A stretch of 64,000 nucleotides of DNA from Octopus sinensis (GCF_006345805.1 NW_021835383.1:6633-70632), one strand, 5' to 3'. Positions 1-14,084 are shown, counted from the stretch's first letter. Numbers and translations: made by a program. The notes: generated by a model not told the origin, from the letters alone.

Positions 1-2224
1 TGAATGGCTCACGAAGGGGAAAACCATCTTAATTCCCAAATCAAATGAAACAGCAAAACCAGAAAACTACAGACCAATAACCTGCCTCCCTACTATGTTC
101 AAGGCATTTACTGCACCTGGACGAAAACAAACTGTTCCCAGAAGAGCAGAAAGGATGCCGCAAAGGCTCATATGGCTGTAAAGATCAACTAATGATTAAT
201 AAAGCCATAACTGAAGACAGCCACAGAAAGAAGAAAGGCCTCAGTATGGCCTTGATTGACTACAAAAAGGCGTTTGATAGCATCCCCCAAACATGGATCC
301 TCGAAACACTAGCCATTAACGAAGTAGCACCAACAATCATAAAATTCATAGAGCACTCTATGAATAAATGGGAAACAGTCCTACACCTCCAAACAAAAGA
401 GGGACTCATGAAAACAAAAGACATCCCCATTAGAAGAGGAATATTCCAGGGAGACACGCTCTCTCCACTCCTTTTCTGCTTGGCACTGTCACCTCTATCT
501 GATATACTAAATAGAACTGGATGCGGATATAAATGTTACGGCAAAACGATCAGCCACCTTTTATATATGGATGACCTAAAACTATACGCTGCAAATGACA
601 AACAGCTGGAAACACTATTAAAGACAGTTCATGAATTTACCAAAGAAATAGATATGAAATTTGGATTAGAAAAATGCGCCAAAGTAACCATGAAAAGAGG
701 AAAGCTAGTTAAGAGTAACAACATCACACTAAAACCAATGAAATAAAATAATTAGACCAAAGCCAAACTTACAAATACTTAGGAATCCATGAACTAGATA
801 AGACACAACACACACAAATGAAAGAGAAAATAAAAAAAGAATATTATAGACGAGTTAGATCAATACTAAAAACAGAGCTCAATGCTAAAAACAAGATAAT
901 AGGTATCAACACTTTAGCTGTCCCAGTTATAAGTTACAGCTACAATATCCTTAACTGGACACGAAATGAACTGACCAAAATAGATAGGAAAACAAGAAAA
1001 ATAATGACAGGATCTAGGATGCATCACCCAAAATCTGACATAGAAAGGCTATATATACAACGTATAGAAGGTGGTAGAGGCCTTATACAGCTGGAAAACT
1101 ACTATAAAATAACCACCATAGGACTGCAAAAATATCTACTTCAGAAGGAAGGAAAACTGATCCAGATAGCGGCAAAACACGAGCAAAACAAAAAACTGTT
1201 CTCAGTATTTAAGGAAGCTGACAAATACAAACAAGAAATCATACCACCTAATAAACATGAAGAAGAAGAAGAAGAAGAAGAAGATGATGAAGAAACAACA
1301 AAAGCTATAAAACAAATGAAATCCAAACTAAAAATAGAACAGCAACGAGCCATGTAAAACGATGGCAAGAAAAGCTCCTTCATGGTAAATACTGGACTAA
1401 ACTAAACGCAAAAGAAATTGACAAAAAAAAATCTCAGCAATGGTTGAGAAGCTCAGGACTCAAAGCAGAGACAGAGGGATTTTTAATTGCAGCACAAGAC
1501 CAAAGTCTCCCCACCAGAAATTACCAAAAACATGTAATGAAAAGAAATATTACAAGTAACTGCAGAATATGTGGAGATGGACAAGAAACAATAAATCATA
1601 TTATCTCTAGCTGCCCAGTCCTGGCTAAGAAGGAATATATTCACAGACATGACAGAGTTGGAACCTACATACATTGCAAGCTATGCCAACATTATGGAAT
1701 AACAACAGAAAAAAGATGGTATAGGCACACACCAGAAAAGGTCACAGAAAACGAGAAAGCAACCATACTCTGGGATATGCCGATACACACAGATAGAGAA
1801 ATTAAGGACAACAGACCAGATATAGTTGTCAGAGATCATGAAGAAAAAAAATGCTTTCTAATTGATGTATCAATACCGGCAGATAACAACGTGCCTCTAA
1901 AAGAAATGGAGAAACTCTCAAAATACAAAGACCTGAAAATAGAGGTAACTAGAATGTGGAATCTGAAAACAGAAACAATTCCTATCATAGTAGGTGCATT
2001 AGGCATGATAAAAAAATATTCAGAAAAATACATAACAAAAACACCAGGACTTACAAACACATATAACATACAGAAAATTGCACTACTAGGCACTGCACAC
2101 ATCCTACGCAGAACACTTTCCATACAATAACCATCAGAGCATCACAACAAATCACAGCACATACCCAAGGCACACAGAGCTGCGCTCGGTAGTGAAGTGA
2201 AAGCATGCTATAAAAATAAAACTA

Positions 2225-2229
<5 letters not shown>
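1..2229 (+). mobile_element. Dong/R4-clade non-LTR retrotransposon, 3' part (RT + CCHC + REL endonuclease), frameshifted, truncated by window start
   Basis: RT motifs NYRPITCL, IDYKKAFDS, GIFQGDTLSP, LYMDDLKLY; then CRICGDGQETINHIISSC, RHDRVG, NRPDIVV, IDVSIP, KLSKY. Frameshifts near 113, 740 and 1355. About 100-bp 3' UTR, then (TAA)n. Confidence 0.93.
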
Positions 2230-2852
<623 letters not shown>

Positions 2853-2886
2853 ATGTCTTAAAGTGAAACGTCAAATGGCAGGTTGC

Positions 2887-2888
<2 letters not shown>

Positions 2889-2922
<34 letters not shown>

Positions 2923-2934
2923 GAGAGAGAGAGA

Positions 2935-2991
<57 letters not shown>
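2889..2991. repeat. (GA)n microsatellite
   Basis: Seen directly. Confidence 0.97.
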
Positions 2992-2995
<4 letters not shown>

Positions 2996-3299
2996 AAGTT
3001 TCAATGATTTTAGACGGTCCCAAATAATGAACATCAGCCATGACTTTTGTTATTTTAGAGATTGGTCTCTGGGGTGACTCAAATCGCGTAATATTTTGTT
3101 TGTTATTGGGAGAACAAAGAGACAAAAGTTAATATATTTAATAAACTGTTATGAATACTATACCAGAAGAAATTTCTCTTATTAATGAAATATGTTGTGC
3201 TAATTATAATAAAATTGCTCTGGTGACCCATGACAGTATCCCTTGAAGGCGGTGCCTCATAATGGCCGCATTCCAGTAATTGAAGACAGCAAGCGAATA

Positions 3300-3442
3300 T
3301 ACATTCCTACCTACCTACATACATACCTACCTACCTACCTACCTACCTACCTACCTACCTATCTACCGACAGACCTATCTACCTCCCTATATACAGACGT
3401 ACATACAAATATATACTCGTCATTCATATATGTATATACGCA

Positions 3443-3509
<67 letters not shown>

Positions 3510-3540
3510 ACATACATACATACATATATTTATATGTATA

Positions 3541-3572
<32 letters not shown>

Positions 3573-3574
3573 CG

Positions 3575-3609
<35 letters not shown>

Positions 3610-3625
3610 TATATATATATACGTA

Positions 3626-3660
<35 letters not shown>
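3300..3660. repeat. Compound microsatellite (TACC)n/(TATC)n/(TA)n
   Basis: Seen directly. Confidence 0.95.
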
Positions 3661-4533
3661 GGTAAACAGTAAAAATAATTACAGACATGGACAAGAACAT
3701 GAAACACCACAGAGACGACACAAGAACCACAGGACGGGACATTCGAAGCCCTCAGTCATCAGTCAAGAACCAGATCATCTTAGCAATTTCGGCTGATTAA
3801 TCTTGAGATTGCTCCGATATGGCCAGCCAGCCAAGGGAAATCTAAGCCAAGCGCATTAGATCCCCTGGAAGAAAGCTTCGAATGTATACAACGCGAGGAC
3901 GGAAAACGAACGAAGTACATAAACAAAAATACAGAATACGTGACACCAATAAGAATACAAAAACGTAAAAACAATAACGGTAAAAATAAAAATAAAAAAT
4001 AAACAACAAAACAAAACCAGGACGTGGGACAAGGGTCTTTCGACAGGACGAGTTGAGTATGGGGCTGGCTTGTGAAGTTGTGCCTAATGGCCACGGGGAG
4101 ACGAACAAATACGTGTTGCTTCTGCGGCTGCTGAAAACGAAAAGAGCGCTCAACGGCGGCTAGCTGTCACGTGAGAACAGAAGACAGGAGAAAGGGACAG
4201 ATGAAAAGAGAGAGAAGGTGGACGAGGGAGGAGAAGAAAGAGACAGATCGAGGGGGCTGGAGGTGAGAGAGAGAGAAACGTAGAAGGGGGGGGGAGAGAC
4301 GGATGGAGAGGGAAAGAAAGGAAGGGGAATAAGGGAGGAGAGAGAGAGAGAAAAAGAGACAGATTAAGAGTCGTATCAATGCTAGAGAAAAAATATACTT
4401 ATCGTATAAGGTCAATTGTGGATACGTAGCCGCCGATTATATAGGTAAACAGTAAAAATAATTACAGACATGGACAAGAACATGAAACACCACAGAGACG
4501 ACACAAGAACCACAGGACGGGACATTCGAAGCC
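3661..4533 (-). mobile_element. (TA)n-flanked non-autonomous element with ~91-bp direct terminal repeat; pLTR/retrozyme-like
   Basis: 3661-3751 is identical to 4443-4533. Homologous segments at ~30950-31010 and ~61230-61390. No coding motifs. Confidence 0.65.
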
Positions 4534-4640
4534 CATATATATAATATATACATATATATATACATGTATATATATAATATATACATATATATATACATAT
4601 ATAATATATACATATATATACATATATAATATATACATAC

Positions 4641-4726
<86 letters not shown>

Positions 4727-5099
4727 GTAAAATATACATATATACATATACAGAGAGACAGTGAGGGGGAGAGATAGATAGAAAGAGAAAGAGAGATGGA
4801 GGCGTGAGAAGAATTTATAGATAGACAGACCGACAGACAGACCGTTAGATATAGAAATAGTCACAAGAGATGCAGAGAAGCAAAGTGGTGAAGAGAGCCG
4901 AGTAGGTAGAATTAAAAATATGTCGTCCATTAAGTGGTGGCAATGTAAATTGCTACAATTGTTAATTGTGCTAAACTAACATCTGCAAGCTGTTTAATTG
5001 GATGTGAAGTTCGTCCTTCCACTCGCTCTTTCTACATTTAATGACTCATCATTTCAGTTAAGGCTGGGAACTTCTACATTCTAATATAACTACCTTGTT

Positions 5100-5990
5100 A
5101 GAATTGTTGTTGCCGTTGTTGGCGTTGCTGTTGTAGTTGTTGGTGGTGGCCTTGGTGATGTTATTGTTGGTGGTGGCGTCGGTGATGGTATTGTTGGCGA
5201 TGTTGTTGGTGGTGGCGTTGGTGATATTGTTGTTGGTGGTGGCGTTGGCGATGTTGTTGTTGGTGGTGATGTTGGTGATGTTGTTGTTGTTGGTGGCGTT
5301 GTTGATGTCATTGTTGGTGGTGGCGTTGGTGATATTGTTGTTGGTGGTGGCGTTGGTGATGTTATTGTTGGTGGTGGCGTTGGCGATGTTGTTGTTGGTG
5401 GTGGCGTTGGTGATGTTATTGTTGGTGGTGGCGTTGGCGATGTTGTTGTTGGTGGTGGCGTTGGCGATGTTGTTGTTGGTGGTGGCGTTGGTGATGTTAT
5501 TATTGGTGATGCTGGTTGTGGTGGCAGTATTGCTGTATCTCTAATCGTAGTTATTGTTTTTGGTGCTCTTGGTTGTGGTGGCAGTGTCGTCGTAGTTGGG
5601 GTGGTAGTTTCATTCTTATTATTGCTGTTGATGTCATTGTTGCTGACGTTAATTGTGGTAGCAATGTTGTAGTTATTAATGTTGTTGCTAATGATGCGAG
5701 TTGCGGTGTCAGTGTTGTAGTCATTTTTGCTGGTAATGAAGGTAATGTTGTTAGTGGTGTGCTGATAGTGTTATAGTTGTTGCTGGTATAGGTGATGCTG
5801 GTTGCGGATGTAGTACTGTAGTCGTTATAGCTGTAGTTGTTGTTGTTGTTTCTGGTGGTGGTAGTGATTTTGGTGATGGTGACAGTGTTATGATTATTGT
5901 TGTTCATGATACTGGCATTGTTGCAGCTATTGTTTGTGTTAGTGTTGTAGTAGTAGTTTCCGGTCGTATTGGTGTTGTTAGTGACATTGG
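5100..5990. repeat. Compound (GTT/GGT)n trinucleotide array with ~27-bp higher-order unit ggtggtggcgttggtgatgttattgtt
   Basis: Seen directly. Confidence 0.9.
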
Positions 5991-6213
5991 TAGAAACTTT
6001 AGCACGCCGGGCGAAATCCTTAGCGGTATTTCGTCTGCCGCTACGTTCTGAGTTCAAATTCCGCCGAGGTCGACTTTGCCTTTCATCCTTTCGGGGTCGA
6101 TAAATTAAGTACCACTTACGCACTGGGGTCGATGGAATCGACTTAATACATATGTCTGTCCTTGTTTGTCCTCTCTATGTTTAGCCCCTTGTGGGTAATA
6201 AAGAAATAGGTAT
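5988..6213 (+). mobile_element. tRNA-derived SINE family A
   Basis: A-box-like TGGTAGAAACTTTAGC, B-box GAGTTCAAATTCC, core gtcgactttgcctttcatcctttcggggtcgataaattaagtacc. Confidence 0.9.
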
Positions 6214-6489
6214 AATACCAAGGTCACTTGTTGTGGTGGTGTGTTGTGGTTGGTACTAGTAGTAGTATTGTAATTGTCATTGCAGGTAACGTTGTGGGTG
6301 TTGTTACTGGTAATAGAATTTGTCCTGTGCATTTGCTCGGAAGGAGGGGATGTAAGAGATGCAACTGGGCTCTTTAAACTTTTGTAGGTGGCGTTGAAAA
6401 TATTTTGAATATGATCTTGAAAAACTTCATTGCCACAAGGAGCAAGCTTATATATTTTTTTTAAAAGTGATGTGAGAAATTATCTTTCC

Positions 6490-6890
6490 ATCATTAGATT
6501 TATCTTGTTTGATTGATAAGAAAACATGCTCTGCTGGATCATAGATATAGCATGCCCAGCTGACAACAAGGTATGTGATAAGGAAGAAAGAAAAGTTGAG
6601 AGATATGGCTGGTTAGCTTGGGAAGTTAAGAAGTTGTGATCGATAAAAAAGGTAGCAGTAGTACCAATAATTGTCGGAACCCTGCGAACAGTGAACAAAA
6701 ATCTCGAGAAGTACGTGAAACAAATAGGAGCTGCAATAAGGGTGGAATACTTGCAGAAAGCAGCACTGCTTGGAACCGCTCGAATACTCCGGATTGTGCT
6801 CGAAAAATAAGGGGTGTTACCTTAGTTCAGTTGAAGCAAACAGCTGACACCGTAGTACATCTCCAGCGTTAGAAGCTGTAGAAAGACAAT
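6490..6890 (+). mobile_element. Dong/R4 LINE 3' fragment (second subfamily) followed by (TAA)n
   Basis: Translates to IDIACPADNKV...VVPIIVGTL...LQKAALLGTARILRIVLEK*, matching the C-terminus of the element at 1-2130. Confidence 0.85.
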
Positions 6891-7149
6891 ATAATAATAA
6901 TGATAATAATAACAGTAATTATTATTATTTTTTTATAACTTTTCAATATTTGGTAAATTGATGCAAATTTCAACTGCGTCACCTGCTACACCTCCTCGTT
7001 GCTGGGGTATCTGCGGCATTGTGTGTTCTTTTCTGCTGTTGGGAGTGTGCGAACTTTTCCTGGTACTGTATTGTGTTAGTTTTTTTTTCTCTTGAAGTGT
7101 GTTGCTGTTTTTTGTCGTGTTACTGCTTGTACTGTCTGTCAAGTGTGTA

Positions 7150-7815
7150 ATGCTTCGATTTTTTGGGTTGCTGGTGGGGGTTTATTTCACTGGGTAAATG
7201 CTGTATAGAGTGTGTCTTGTATTTGTGTATTGTTTTGTTTAGGTTGTATTATTGGATTGATAGTATCTAGGCTGTTCCTAGCAGGGCTATTTTTTGGACA
7301 GAATATAGTGTTGAGGATCCAGGTATAGCTTCTACATTTTTGTTCATATGATTTTTTATCATGCCCAATACTCCATTAATTATTGGTATTGTTTTTGCCT
7401 TCATGCTCCACATTTTGAATACTTCGACAATTTCTCTACTTCTTTTTTGAAAATACTTTGATTAGAAGAAGGCAGTGAGCTGGCAGAAACGTTAGCACGC
7501 CGGGTGAACTGCTTAACGATATTTCGTCTCTTTACCTTCTGAGTTCAAACTCCGCCGTGGTCGACTTGGCATTTGATCCTTTCGTGTTCAATAAATTAAG
7601 TACCAGTTGCGTACTAGAGTCGATCTAATGACTGGCCCCATCCTCCAAAATTTCGGGCCTTGTGTCTAGAGTAGAGAAGAATATTTTGAAGAGAAGGGAC
7701 TGCAATGTCTACCGGTAAGCAAGGGTTTTTTTCTCTAATCCTCGACTATCAAGTCTAGACGATTAGCTTTTATTTCTTTGTCGGTTTGAACCGGTATATC
7801 CCAGGTGTTTTTGGC
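7150..7815 (-). mobile_element. Decayed Dong/R4 3' fragment interrupted by a SINE
   Basis: Minus strand gives TWDIPVQTDKEIKANRLDLIV (7735-7810) and MWSMKAKTIPIINGVLGMIKK (7350-7420). Confidence 0.75.
7471..7682 (+). mobile_element. SINE family A
   Basis: gagctggcagaaacgttagcacgccggg...gagttcaaactcc...ataaattaagtaccag. Confidence 0.88.
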
Positions 7816-7817
7816 CT

Positions 7818-9053
7818 GATCATTGTCTTGTACCTTACGCGTTCCAATGATCAGGCGGTCAGTCTGTTGCCAGCATCCTCTGAGTGACGGATTAGGTATG
7901 CCGTGGCTCCTAATGCGCAGAGACGTGCTTAGATTACGCCACCTGCGACAGTTTATGGACAGTGAGCGTGTGTGGGCTCCGCTTGTGAGGCTTGTCTTTC
8001 TACAGCTCATCTCCTTGATGGAGCTGAAGTCCTGTGTGAAGAAAAGACCGAGATTGGGTGTTTGGCTCCTAAAATGTCGTTAGACGCTCACAACCCTCTA
8101 CTAGTTGGGCAATGGGATCAGTGGATGTTCTGCTTTAGAAAATTATAGAGGATTAATGACGCAGAAGTACGACGACATTCTCGGGGAGACACTGGGCGCC
8201 TACGAGAACGAACTGGCTGGTCTGTTCTAGAGGAAATATCATGGATAATTTCCAGATGTTTTTGGCTTGGCAGTGCTACCAGGGGGCACTACCGGTTCGA
8301 GACAGTCTCTATAGGCATGGACGCGTTGTCAGACAGACTTGTCCGAGATGCGCGCAGAATGGCAAAATCGTTCTGCACGCCTTCGTTCAGTGTCCGGGCA
8401 TTGCTGACTTGTGAGGTAATGTTGAACAGCTACTGTCACTTGTGCGACGGATCCGTCTGTTGGCCGAGTCTGTAGTGATGATTGCACTTCCACCTAATCG
8501 GGCAGGCAAGGCAGTTTTCCTTTGCCTAATGGCTGTGGCGAAAGAGCTTGTTTGGTGTTCAAAGCTGAAAGGCATGAGGACAGATACATTCCTTTATCGT
8601 TGAGCTCTCATTGATTTTTCAAGTTTCACTTCAAAAGGAACTTGAGAATGGAGAGGGAAATGCCGTCCTCGAGTGAGTTTATTGAAAGGTGGGTGAAAGT
8701 TACAAAAATGTTAAGATGGATGGTACCTCTCTAAGTGTAGACCTGTGAGCAGGAGAGAAGGAGTTGGGTAGAGCATTTGCTCCTAGGGTTTCAGGGAAAT
8801 GTCGAATAGTGGGGCTCCTCGATTATTCCTAGAGGCGTTCCTATATCAGAAGGGACATATCTCCAAAATCTTCCCTTTTCTTTTTTTATGTGTTAACCTT
8901 TGTATGCTATGCATATGTCTCTTATTTTCCAGTGTATACCGTGTATACTTCTTTTTATTATTATTTCACTATTATATGCAAACCGCTACATTTTATGTTC
9001 TGTCTTTGTATTGTCCCCCTCATCCTTCACCTTTGTGGCAATTAAATGAAATC
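7818..9053 (+). mobile_element. Tx1/L1-type LINE 3' fragment with 3' UTR
   Basis: HPLSDGLGMPWL motif; 8241-8414 reads ...WQCYQGALPVRDSLYRHG...CPRCAQNGKIVLHAFVQC (Cx2Cx8Hx4C). Its 3' UTR end is homologous to ~34965-35050 (minus). Confidence 0.75.
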
Positions 9054-9078
9054 ATTATTATCATTATTATTATTATTT

Positions 9079-9470
9079 CACTGTTTTTGCACAGCTTCTA
9101 GTGCTGGAGATATACTACAGAGTCAGTTGTTCACTATCAGTGAACTAAGGTAATGCCCCTTATTTTTCGAGCAACATCCGGAGTATTCGAACGGTTCCAA
9201 GGAGTGCTGTTTTCTGCAAGTGCTCCAACCTTATTGCAGCTTCTATTTGTTCCATGTACTTCTCAAGATTTTCACTCAATGTTGCCAGGGCTCTGACAGT
9301 TATTGATACTACTATCACCTTTTTCAGTGACCACAGCTGCTTAACCTCCCAAGCTAACCTGTTATATCTATCGACTTTTCTTTCTTCCTTATCGCATACC
9401 TGGTTGTCAGCTGGGCATGCTATATCTATGAGCCAGCATAGTTTGCTTTCTTTCCCACTTAAGACTCTTA
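9079..9470 (-). mobile_element. Dong/R4 LINE 3' fragment, same subfamily as 6490-6890
   Basis: Reverse-complement homology to 6550-6890; ends at a (TTA)n tract. Confidence 0.85.
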
Positions 9471-9482
9471 TTGTTGTTTTTG

Positions 9483-9484
<2 letters not shown>

Positions 9485-9530
<46 letters not shown>

Positions 9531-9558
9531 TATTATATTATTATTATTATTATTATTA

Positions 9559-9594
<36 letters not shown>

Positions 9595-9610
9595 TATTAT
9601 TATTATTATA
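9485..9610. repeat. (TTA)n microsatellite
   Basis: Seen directly. Confidence 0.95.
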
Positions 9611-9611
9611 T

Positions 9612-10345
9612 GTTTGAAATTTGCTTTGTATTTGTGCAAGTTGTCTCCAAGTCTCAGCCAGAGACCTCAAGAGACAACACGCTAGAAGTTCATGTTGGTA
9701 TTATGCCTACGGTGTCATATATTTGGATTTTCAAGTAGTGCTGTTCTAGAGAATGTTTAAGAAAACAAGAAAACTATAAGTTTGTTTTAAAAATTTGAGA
9801 TTACATAGACAGTATTTTACGTCAGATATGGGTAGTTCCCATGAGCACCATCTTTTAAATTTCTGCCACTTTGCGGTTTCCTGGTATCTGCGCTAGGTAA
9901 GAATCAACCCCTTTTGCTATCATTCCTAGGGCACCTATGATAACAGGTATTGTTTTAGTCTTGAGGTTCCACATTTTTGCCAATTTCTATTTCAAGATCT
10001 TTATACTTGCTCAGTTTTTGGTAGGTCTGTTGAGATGCTCTGTAGGCACAAGAAAACTGCACATGGAAACAACATGATCAATGGTTTCATTTTGTTGTTT
10101 GCATACACAACATGTTGGGCTACTCCCATTCTTTAATATGTTTGCCTTGGTAGTTCCTTGTAGGTTGGCATTGATCTTGGGCTGCTATGATAAGCCCTTC
10201 TGTTTTTGATTTTAAGCCAGAAGACACTAACTACTGATAGGTAAGGTCTTTGTCAACATCGGCACTATTAGCTCTCTTTGGGTATTTGTCATTGAGACGT
10301 TTCTCTTGCCATTTATCAGTAAGAATATCTGAGGCAGCAGTTTTA
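9612..10345 (-). mobile_element. Dong/R4 LINE 3' fragment with internal deletion (third subfamily)
   Basis: Minus strand gives KSKTEGLIIAAQDQ..PTRNYQ and KLSKYKDLEIEI..TIPVIIGALGMI; ends at (TTA)n. Confidence 0.85.
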
Positions 10346-10477
10346 GCACAGGTTAGAAAGAATCATCATCATCATCATCATCATCACCATCATCATCATT
10401 ATCATCACCATCCTCCTCCTCCTCCTCCTCTCCTCCTCCTCATCATCATCATCATCATCGTCATCATCATCATCATT

Positions 10478-10508
<31 letters not shown>

Positions 10509-11076
10509 CACTGTGTTTGTTTTGATAATAAGATTGTAAAAATCGATATTGTTTGTAAAACGCTTTGGATCCGGGTTTGCACCCCACCTAAGCAAATTTC
10601 GCACCAGCTCTTATGATGTTGTGTTGTGAGCCCAATGCTCTGTCAATGTTGAAAGTTCATCGTCCGTGAATATATTGTGACGAGGAAGCTTCAGCTCGTT
10701 TGCTAGACTTGTAAAAAGATCCCAGCCAAATTCTCCTCAAATAATGTCCAACAATGTGGATGTGAATAATAATTTGGGTAAAAAATAAAAAAAAAAAATT
10801 ATTTGGTTTGAACGCTTTTCGAACGTTGTCGAACGACATTTTTGAAAGACAGAAACACTTTTCCAAACACGTGACAACATTGTTGACAAACGAAATTAAC
10901 TGCAAATGTACACGACACAGCCCAGAAACTCATATCAAAGGTAAGTGTCTTACAAATTGTACACAATACTCGCACAAACATTTCCATAAACTTTTCACAA
11001 CTATTCTAATAAAATGCACGGCTTGATAAAAGATAATGACAATGTCAACAAGTGCAGAAGCAACGGTATAGACTGG

Positions 11077-11304
11077 CGGCAAGCTGGCAGAAACGTTAGC
11101 ACGCCGGGCGAAATGCGTAGCCGTATTTCGTCTGTCGCTACGTTGTGAGTTCAAATCCGCCGAGGTCGACTTTGCCTTTCATCCTTTCGGGGTCGATAAA
11201 TTGAGTACCAGTTACGCACTGGGGTCGATGGAATCGACTTAATACCAATGTCTGTCCTTGTTTGTCCCATCTATGTTTAGCCCCTTGTGGGTAATAAAGA
11301 AATA
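11077..11304 (+). mobile_element. SINE family A with 12-bp target-site duplication (TSD)
   Basis: Full A/B boxes and core; GGTATAGACTGG at 11065-11076 and 11305-11316. Confidence 0.92.
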
Positions 11305-11679
11305 GGTATAGACTGGAAGTATAGTCATTATCTCCCTTTGTAACATCACAGGTTCGCATATATTATATTAGAAAATATACCGTTGAACACAAAATTAGCT
11401 CACGTAAAATTATGTCAATAATGTCTCAATGGCATTAAAATCACTTTCATGAAACTAAAAGATTTTTATCATCATCCACGAGATTTACGGAAGAAGAATG
11501 CAAGTAAGATTGTTGTTGTCTAAGTACAGAATACTCAGTATTCCAAAACTGTATTCAGATTTTGCTACAAAGACTCTTTTGTAATGCTGATGGAAGATCT
11601 CTTATAGCATACTTCAAAACACGCATACGATACCTGAATCTCAGAAATGACATTCGTAAACTTAAACTACACTCTTTTA

Positions 11680-11956
11680 CTCTCTTTTTCTCTTTTGATT
11701 GTTTCAGTCATTTGACTGCGGCCATGCTGGAGCACCGCATTTAGTCGAGCCAATCGACCCCAGGACTTATTCTTTGTAAGCCTAGTACTTATTCTATCGG
11801 CGTCTTTTGCCGAACTGCTAAGTTACGGGGACGAAAATACACCAGCATTGGATGTTAAGCAATGTTGGGGGGGACAAACACACACACACACGCATACATA
11901 CATACATACATACATACATACATACAACATACATACATACATGCATACATGCATAT

Positions 11957-12012
<56 letters not shown>

Positions 12013-12140
12013 CGATGGTATTATTTTAGTTTCCGTCTACCAAATCCACTCACAAGGCTTTGTTCGGCTCGAGGCTATAGTAGAAGACACTTGCCCAAGG
12101 TGCCATGTGGTACGTAAGCAAGCTACTTACCACACGGCCA
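11680..12140 (-). mobile_element. SINE family B (CORE-like head, internal microsatellite, 3' module)
   Basis: Reverse complement of ...caccttgggcaagtgtcttc...(TA/TG)n...gcggtgctccagcatggccgcagtcaaatgactgaaac. Confidence 0.88.
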
Positions 12141-12882
12141 TTCCTACGCTTAGAAATCACACTAGAAAAATTTAAAATAAAAACTTAGCAACACATAGCG
12201 CATTAATATAGGAAACACAAACATATCAATAATATGAACAATTACCCTCCAGATTACGTATTCTAACTACAACATTCTAACAAACACTATCGCTGTGGAA
12301 GAATTGAACGCCCTCTGTGTCCTGAGTTTCAAACAATGCAAGTAACAGAATCAGTAACATAATAGCATCGCAAGTAAACTCTCTTTAAATCCGAAACAAT
12401 TTGCAACAAGACACACATACACACACATACTTCACCAAGTACTTCTTTCAGTCAAGCCAAAAAACGTTTCTCTAGACACTAGCTAGTGATTCCCGCAGTT
12501 CGATACCGTAATCAAACAATTCCCCGAGTATCTTCTCGGTTCACCCAACATGTATCATAACAACACGTTCACACATTAATGAAGAAAGTAAAAACGCTTT
12601 TAGAAACTTCAAAAATCTCTCAGTGGGACGTGTCCCACAGAGAAAAAAGAACCAAGGTTTACAGAATTCGATAACACCTCAATGGCCGACTTAGACAATC
12701 GGCAATATAATTATAGAAGCATTAGTATTACATGACCGACAAGACATCATAAAAATGCAGCTCCGATTACCCACTGGAGATATACAACCATAAAAAGTAG
12801 AGAAGACATCAAAGGCAAAACACCAATATCGCACACGTATGAAATAAAATTCAACATCAAACAACTAGAAAGGAAATAACTA

Positions 12883-12930
<48 letters not shown>

Positions 12931-13546
12931 TAATAATAATAATAATAATAATAATGTCTGATGCAATACCAGGCAATGACTCTCATGCCTTTTGATTTTC
13001 ACTGATTGGATGTGTTGTCATGTACATTTTTTTGTCTTGGGGTAAAAGATGGGCTGCAGCGAATATGCTGCTCAATACCACAGATTTGTATGTCAGTTGT
13101 TTGATTTTAACCAGCTGAGCATGTCCCTTAGTGGCTGACAATAGGTGTTTGTCCGATCATGAGCCGGAGAAGTGAGGGAGCATCAAAGACATTTGTTGAG
13201 AAGAATTCTTTAGGGTTTGAATAATTTACCCTGGGAAACATGGGTGCATCGTTCAACATCTTTAGACAACCCTCACCCAGAGACCTTTTGAGTGGGTTCG
13301 GTTACTCAAGAAGAAGAAAATTCTAACTGGCCCCCATCTGCAAGGTCATGCGCTATTTATCTTGATATGTGGTCACCATGTCGCGCCCATATGCTTGTGA
13401 TGCATGGGTCTGGTATACCCTTATCAGACGGGTACTTATAATAGGTATTTTAGGCTTCGGATATGTGCAACCCAGGGTCACTTTCATGGTATGTGCTGCT
13501 CCCTCATTCAATACTAATAGCTATAATAATGATAATAATGATGATG

Positions 13547-13581
<35 letters not shown>

Positions 13582-13611
13582 CATAATAATAATAATAATA
13601 ATAATGAAGGC

Positions 13612-13771
13612 GCGAGCGTGACTTTGTGGTAAGAAGCTTGTTTTCCAACCACATGGTTCTGTGTTTAGTGTCACTGCGTGGTACCTTGGGCAAGTGTCTT
13701 ATACTATAGCTTCGGGCCGACCAAAGCCTTGTGGGTAGATTTGGGAGACGGAAACTGAAAAGAAGCCCGTC

Positions 13772-13829
<58 letters not shown>

Positions 13830-14012
13830 ATGTGTGTCCCATCACTGCTTCACAACCGATGTTGGTGTGCTTACGTACTCGTAACCTAGCTGTTCGGCAA
13901 AACAGACCGGTAAAATAAGTACTAGGCTTACAAAGAATAAGTCCTGAGGTCGATTAGTTCGACTAAAGGCGGTGCTTCAGCATGGCCGCAGTCAAATGAC
14001 TGAAACAATTAA
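13612..14012 (+). mobile_element. SINE family B
   Basis: gtggtaagaagcttg...accttgggcaagtgtc...(TA)(TG)n...ggcggtgcttcagcatggccgcagtcaaatgactgaaac. Confidence 0.9.
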
Positions 14013-14084
14013 AAGAATAAAAGAATAAAAAAAAAACAGTGATGAACCACAGAAAACAAAACACCCCCTTATACATCTGTATTC

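Noticed and set aside
5090-6123. Thr/Pro-rich mucin-like ORFs
   Set aside because: They are translations of (ACC/AAC)n microsatellite running into a SINE, with no splice or gene context.
12960-13500. Possible interspersed repeat
   Set aside because: Single copy in the window with no diagnostic motif; cannot be classified without a database.
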